Shown: in pieces, positions 60,453-64,000 of the stretch
Numbering within the stretch: position 1 is the first letter of the stretch
Layout: every line of letters begins with the position of its first letter
Source: a virus
Length of the DNA stretch: 64,000 nt
Virus record (IMG/VR): IMGVR_UViG_3300028840_003851
Reading direction: 5' to 3' (one strand)
The notes under the pieces: model-generated
What the model saw: only the letters and a program-made list of their open reading frames with translations
The model's database searches: none
Told to the model about the DNA's origin: nothing
Position numbers and translations under genes: made by a program

Positions 60453-61349
60453 TTACGTTTGCTCCTTGATTACTCCTTGTATCCTCCCTACAGCGCGAGA
60501 CACTGTAGAGGGACTCACACCTAGCTTCTTCGCTACAGCCCCCTTCGATGGGAGCCTCTTTAGCTTACTGACCTCGAAGGTACCGTCAGGCTTCTGAACC
60601 ATCTTGATACCCCTCAATGAGTTGTACACCTCTCGGGTGCGCTGGCTCTGAGCCAGCTCCCTGTCGTACGCCCTCCTCTCTGCGGGTGACTGCGGCCGGA
60701 ATGTAGGAGGCTTGAAGAACACATCGTTCTCCGGCTTATCCGGCTGCTGGTCCATCAAGCTGAGAACATCCAGTGGTAGAGGGCTGTGCTGATGCGCCAT
60801 CAGCTCTATCGGGTCCTCTGCGAAGGCACTACCCGATATGTCCTTACGGCTGGTGTCCATCCGAAGCTTTCGTACAATCTTCTCCGGCTGACCCATGAAG
60901 TCCGCCATCTGCGAGTCAGTCGGGGACTCCCCTAGCCTCTCCTGCAGCTGGTTGTGCGCCCTCTGGTACGGTCCGATAAGGCGGCTACGGTCCGATGGTG
61001 TGTACGCAAGATTAGAGTGCAGCTCAATCTTGCGAAGAACCTTCTTGTGGTTCGTGTTGACCCACGTGTTCAGCTCCGCCTTCCTAGGGTCCCATGTTTT
61101 ATGGGCGTGCACCGTGGCGTCCAAGAGGTCTAGCCTCAAGGCATCCTTGTTGACCTGCGGGGCGTTCCCCCACATGGACAGGTTACGCTGGATAGCCGGG
61201 TTGAACCTATCCAGCGACGCGTTCAGAAGCTCCTTCTTCCTTTGCCCCTCCGGCTCCTTGTGCCATTGTTTCCAGGCTTCAAAGTCCGCCTGGGCGGCGG
61301 GCTTAGGAAACGCAATCTTCTCTAGCTCCAGCTCTGAGAGCTTAATCAT
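60453..61349 (-). CDS. Sigma70-family RNA polymerase sigma factor
   Basis: Region 2 HKTWDPRKAELNTWV, region 3 LQERLGESPTDSQMADFMG, region 4 AVAKKLGVSPSTVSRA. Confidence 0.85.
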   Translation of the reverse strand: MIKLSELELEKIAFPKPAAQADFEAWKQWHKEPEGQRKKELLNASLDRFNPAIQRNLSMWGNAPQVNKDALRLDLLDATVHAHKTWDPRKAELNTWVNTNHKKVLRKIELHSNLAYTPSDRSRLIGPYQRAHNQLQERLGESPTDSQMADFMGQPEKIVRKLRMDTSRKDISGSAFAEDPIELMAHQHSPLPLDVLSLMDQQPDKPENDVFFKPPTFRPQSPAERRAYDRELAQSQRTREVYNSLRGIKMVQKPDGTFEVSKLKRLPSKGAVAKKLGVSPSTVSRAVGRIQGVIKEQT

Positions 61350-61350
61350 G

Positions 61351-61707
61351 TTACCTCCTGTTACAGAGGAGCTTCACCGTATCCTGCATGGTCAGCTGAG
61401 CGTGCGACACCTTCTTGAAGTGCCCTTTAGGGGAAGGAGGAGCTACAAAAGACCGGCTTAGAACACCGTCTCTGGCGTCCGCTGCTCTGTCCTTAACATC
61501 CGGGCTGTACTGCTCCGGGTCATCCCCATCCCATTCGTCGCCTTCGCCGACCTCTCCAGGGTCCTCTGCATTTACTGCTTGAGCCCCCTGTACGGTGTCG
61601 TCCTCGTTTGTCTCCGGTGGCTTGTCCTGAGCTTCCTTCTTCAAGAAAGCCTCGGCAAAACCTTCTTCAAAACGTTGATACGCCGACTTACCTACTACAG
61701 TAACCAT
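61351..61707 (-). CDS. Acidic protein with K-x-A leader
   Basis: FAEAFLKKEAQ followed by an acidic tract. Confidence 0.75.
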   Translation of the reverse strand: MVTVVGKSAYQRFEEGFAEAFLKKEAQDKPPETNEDDTVQGAQAVNAEDPGEVGEGDEWDGDDPEQYSPDVKDRAADARDGVLSRSFVAPPSPKGHFKKVSHAQLTMQDTVKLLCNRR

Positions 61708-61713
61708 GACTGT

Positions 61714-61722
61714 AGTCTAGCA
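61714..61722 (-). promoter_or_regulatory. Extended -10 element, probable leaderless start
   Basis: TGC-TAGACT-ACAGTC-ATG. Confidence 0.6.
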
Positions 61723-61781
61723 GGTGCTGCTCTATAGCACCTAGGCCGGCATCACCCTCTTATTCCACCTTTTTGCTCCGG

Positions 61782-62441
61782 CTACCAAACCCCACCCACA
61801 ACGTCCCAGCGGGAGGTGCCTGTCGGGAATACGGTGCTTCCCGCCGTAATGTGGAGCATCACGGATAGGTTGCTCACTCGTTGCGTTATAGCGACGTCTG
61901 ACGCACGCTCCACGCCTACAATCTTACGTACGGCCTTCTGCAGGTTGGGACGTACATCCTCGTGGTTGAGCTCCTCTCGTACCACAGCTGCCGCCTCTGA
62001 TATGCCTGTAAGCACAGCGGACGCAACCTTAAGCTCCGCGCTCAGCATAGGCAGTATGGCCTGCCCGTCCATATGTACTCCCGTAATCTCTATCTCTATC
62101 TCCTCCTTCACTCTCTTGGCTGCCTCTATCACTCTGGTCAGCCCCTTCCAAGACATCTCCTCCTGGCGAGCAAGGAGCACTAGGCTCTCCTCACTGCGCT
62201 GCTCCATGACAAGCTGTGTGTACACCCTTCGCATCGTCTCGACGCAGTACGTGCGGCAAGCCACCTGCACTAGGTAGAAAGCTCTAAGGCGGGACACCGC
62301 AGGAGTACAGGCTTCCTCCTTCGCCTGAGACTCCAAATCTTCCACCTCCTCCCCTAGATGTTCACATAGATACAGACCTGCATTCTTCTGCAGGTCTCTC
62401 CTAACTTCCTTTGCATAGCTACTAAAGATGGGACAGGTCAC
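61782..62441 (-). CDS. Helical hypothetical protein
   Basis: AAGGAGG RBS; VRRDLQKNA near the N-terminus. Confidence 0.75.
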   Translation of the reverse strand: MTCPIFSSYAKEVRRDLQKNAGLYLCEHLGEEVEDLESQAKEEACTPAVSRLRAFYLVQVACRTYCVETMRRVYTQLVMEQRSEESLVLLARQEEMSWKGLTRVIEAAKRVKEEIEIEITGVHMDGQAILPMLSAELKVASAVLTGISEAAAVVREELNHEDVRPNLQKAVRKIVGVERASDVAITQRVSNLSVMLHITAGSTVFPTGTSRWDVVGGVW

Positions 62442-62486
62442 TATGTCCTCCTTCCCCCATCTTATAGCGCGTACGCCTGGAGTTTT

Positions 62487-63278
62487 TCAGCTGGCGGCTA
62501 GGCCGGGCAAGACGTGGCCGGAGCCCGGTCCCTTTGGCTTAGCTAGGGTCCCTATGCCCTTGCCAGGGTGAACCGCGGCACGGGGCAGACCTACCCTTTT
62601 GGTGGCTGCTAGCATCGCTGCGGGGCTCGACGCCGCCTCCTTCAGGAGTCCCATGGCCTCGGCCTTCTTACGCATACGACTGCGCTGCTCCCTCGACGCA
62701 GCAGCCATCTCCAGCATGCGCTTGACCTGCTCATTCCACGCAGAAGCCATCTCCCTCTGCTCCTTCAGCTTGGAGGGATACATAGCAGCTGTTCCTGCGG
62801 CCATACCAGCACCCATACCAAGACCCGTACCCAAGATGGCGCCAGGGACTGCAGCTCGGGGGTGTAAGCGGCTTGCAAGGTACCCTAGCCCTACTCCCCC
62901 CAGAGATCCCCCAAAACCAAGACCGAGTACACCACCGCCACCAACTGCCCTCCCAAAAGCACGGTTCTTTATGTGCTCTTCGCTCCCAGGCTCAAGACGC
63001 TCACCACGCCTGGGCTTGTCTAGAAACTCAGGAAGTACGGCGCTCTCCTTAAGCTTCGGACTGTCGAGGTCTCCTGGGTTGGCGGCCTTCTTGTACTCCT
63101 TCTTGGGCTCGTCGTATTTGGCCTTAGCCTCTCGCTTACCCTCCGACGTACCGTAGCCCTTCGGAGTTTTCCCCAGGCTGTGGCTTTGCTGTGTAGCAAT
63201 TGCGAAAGCTGTGCTCTTTCGCATGCTTGGGTTGCGCGCTAGAAGGTGCTCCGCCCTGTTGTGTATCCACTGTGGCAT
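62487..63278 (-). CDS. Probable internal virion protein with glycine zipper and K-x-A motifs
   Basis: MPQWIHNRAEH...; GGGGVLGLGFGGSLGGVGLG; LLKEAA. Confidence 0.8.
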   Translation of the reverse strand: MPQWIHNRAEHLLARNPSMRKSTAFAIATQQSHSLGKTPKGYGTSEGKREAKAKYDEPKKEYKKAANPGDLDSPKLKESAVLPEFLDKPRRGERLEPGSEEHIKNRAFGRAVGGGGVLGLGFGGSLGGVGLGYLASRLHPRAAVPGAILGTGLGMGAGMAAGTAAMYPSKLKEQREMASAWNEQVKRMLEMAAASREQRSRMRKKAEAMGLLKEAASSPAAMLAATKRVGLPRAAVHPGKGIGTLAKPKGPGSGHVLPGLAAS

Positions 63279-63279
63279 A

Positions 63280-63996
63280 TCAGAGTCCTGTCATCTTCGT
63301 GATGTCTTGGCGAAGCTTGGTGCTAGGCCTGTTCTCGATGTAATCGCGCAGCTTGGCTTCCTGCGAGCGCTTTGCTAGAGCACGCGCCACTAGGGGCCCT
63401 ATAGCGCTAACCGTTCCGGCACCAAGGGCAGCAGCTGTCAAAGCCCTGCCAACATTCTTAGAACCTGATGCCACACCCTTTAGCTTTTCCCAAGAACCAG
63501 CTCTAGGTGCGTGCAGATAGCCTCCCTTACCCGCCTCACCCATGAACGCCTTAGGTACCGCTCCGCTGGCCAGTCCACCCACGAGAGCAGATGCAGGACC
63601 TACAATAGCCCCCGTAGCTGCGGCCCGTCCTACATCCTCTTTGGTGACCTTCTCCTTCTCTAGCTTTCGTAGCTTCTTAAGTGCCTCTTCCGCCTCAGAG
63701 TATGTGATGGCGGCCTCTCCGCCCTTCTCCAGGTCTCCCAGCGCTGTGAAGTTGCGCTGGTCCAGCTCATCTGTAGCTACGTCGGGCTCTGTGCTTTTCG
63801 CCACCGGAGTCTTGTCCGCACTTACAGGTCCCTTGGGACGCCTGAACTCCAAGCTACCTGGCAGCACCAAAGGGTTGGCTCTTGAGGCCTTCTTGATGGC
63901 CTCCGTCTGCTTGTACAGCGTGCCGTCCTTCTCCTTGCTAAGGAGAGTGGCTACACGCATAGGTCTTCTTCCAGCACGAGCATTAGCTACCTGCAT
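63280..63996 (-). CDS. Probable internal virion protein with glycine-rich hydrophobic segments (possibly 5'-truncated)
   Basis: AATGAIVGPASALVGGLASG; IKKAS; runs to the window edge. Confidence 0.75.
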   Translation of the reverse strand: MQVANARAGRRPMRVATLLSKEKDGTLYKQTEAIKKASRANPLVLPGSLEFRRPKGPVSADKTPVAKSTEPDVATDELDQRNFTALGDLEKGGEAAITYSEAEEALKKLRKLEKEKVTKEDVGRAAATGAIVGPASALVGGLASGAVPKAFMGEAGKGGYLHAPRAGSWEKLKGVASGSKNVGRALTAAALGAGTVSAIGPLVARALAKRSQEAKLRDYIENRPSTKLRQDITKMTGL

Positions 63997-64000
63997 ACAG

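Noticed and set aside
1-64000. Stop-codon reassignment
   Set aside because: Recognisable genes are full length in the standard code, and TAG, TGA and TAA all act as coupled stops.

Overview
A 64-kb gene-dense fragment of a large tailed dsDNA phage, probably a jumbo myovirus. It encodes baseplate J- and gp25-like proteins, and no host housekeeping operons are visible. The standard genetic code fits. Layout: (1) 1-12.27 kb, plus strand: replication, nucleotide-metabolism and recombination genes (PolA C-terminus, ThyX, NT5C, HU-like, RecA-like, Hjc-like and Cas4-like nucleases, UvsY-like, RusA). (2) 12.3-27.6 kb, minus strand: fibre/virion genes and an SNF2-InPase polyvalent protein. (3) 27.6-31.7 kb, plus-strand island: a ~700-nt densely structured candidate ncRNA, cassette-like genes each followed by a conserved RNA element, and membrane/holin-like genes. 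(4) Five tRNA or tRNA-like genes on the minus strand. (5) 32.4-64 kb, mostly minus strand: holin-like genes, tailspike, baseplate, endolysin-like gene, RNase HII, DUF932-like gene, a sigma70-family factor and probable internal head proteins, interrupted by two small plus-strand islands. Best leads: the candidate large ncRNA with a D-armless tRNA-like module; a repeated covarying 3' cassette element; a canonical -1 frameshift signal in a non-tail gene; a shared (E/D)-L-x-K-x-A motif that suggests a protease maturation/packaging code extending to a sigma factor; and systematic leaderless TGnTAnnnT-N5/6-ATG starts. All family calls are by-eye motif recognition, with no database searches run.
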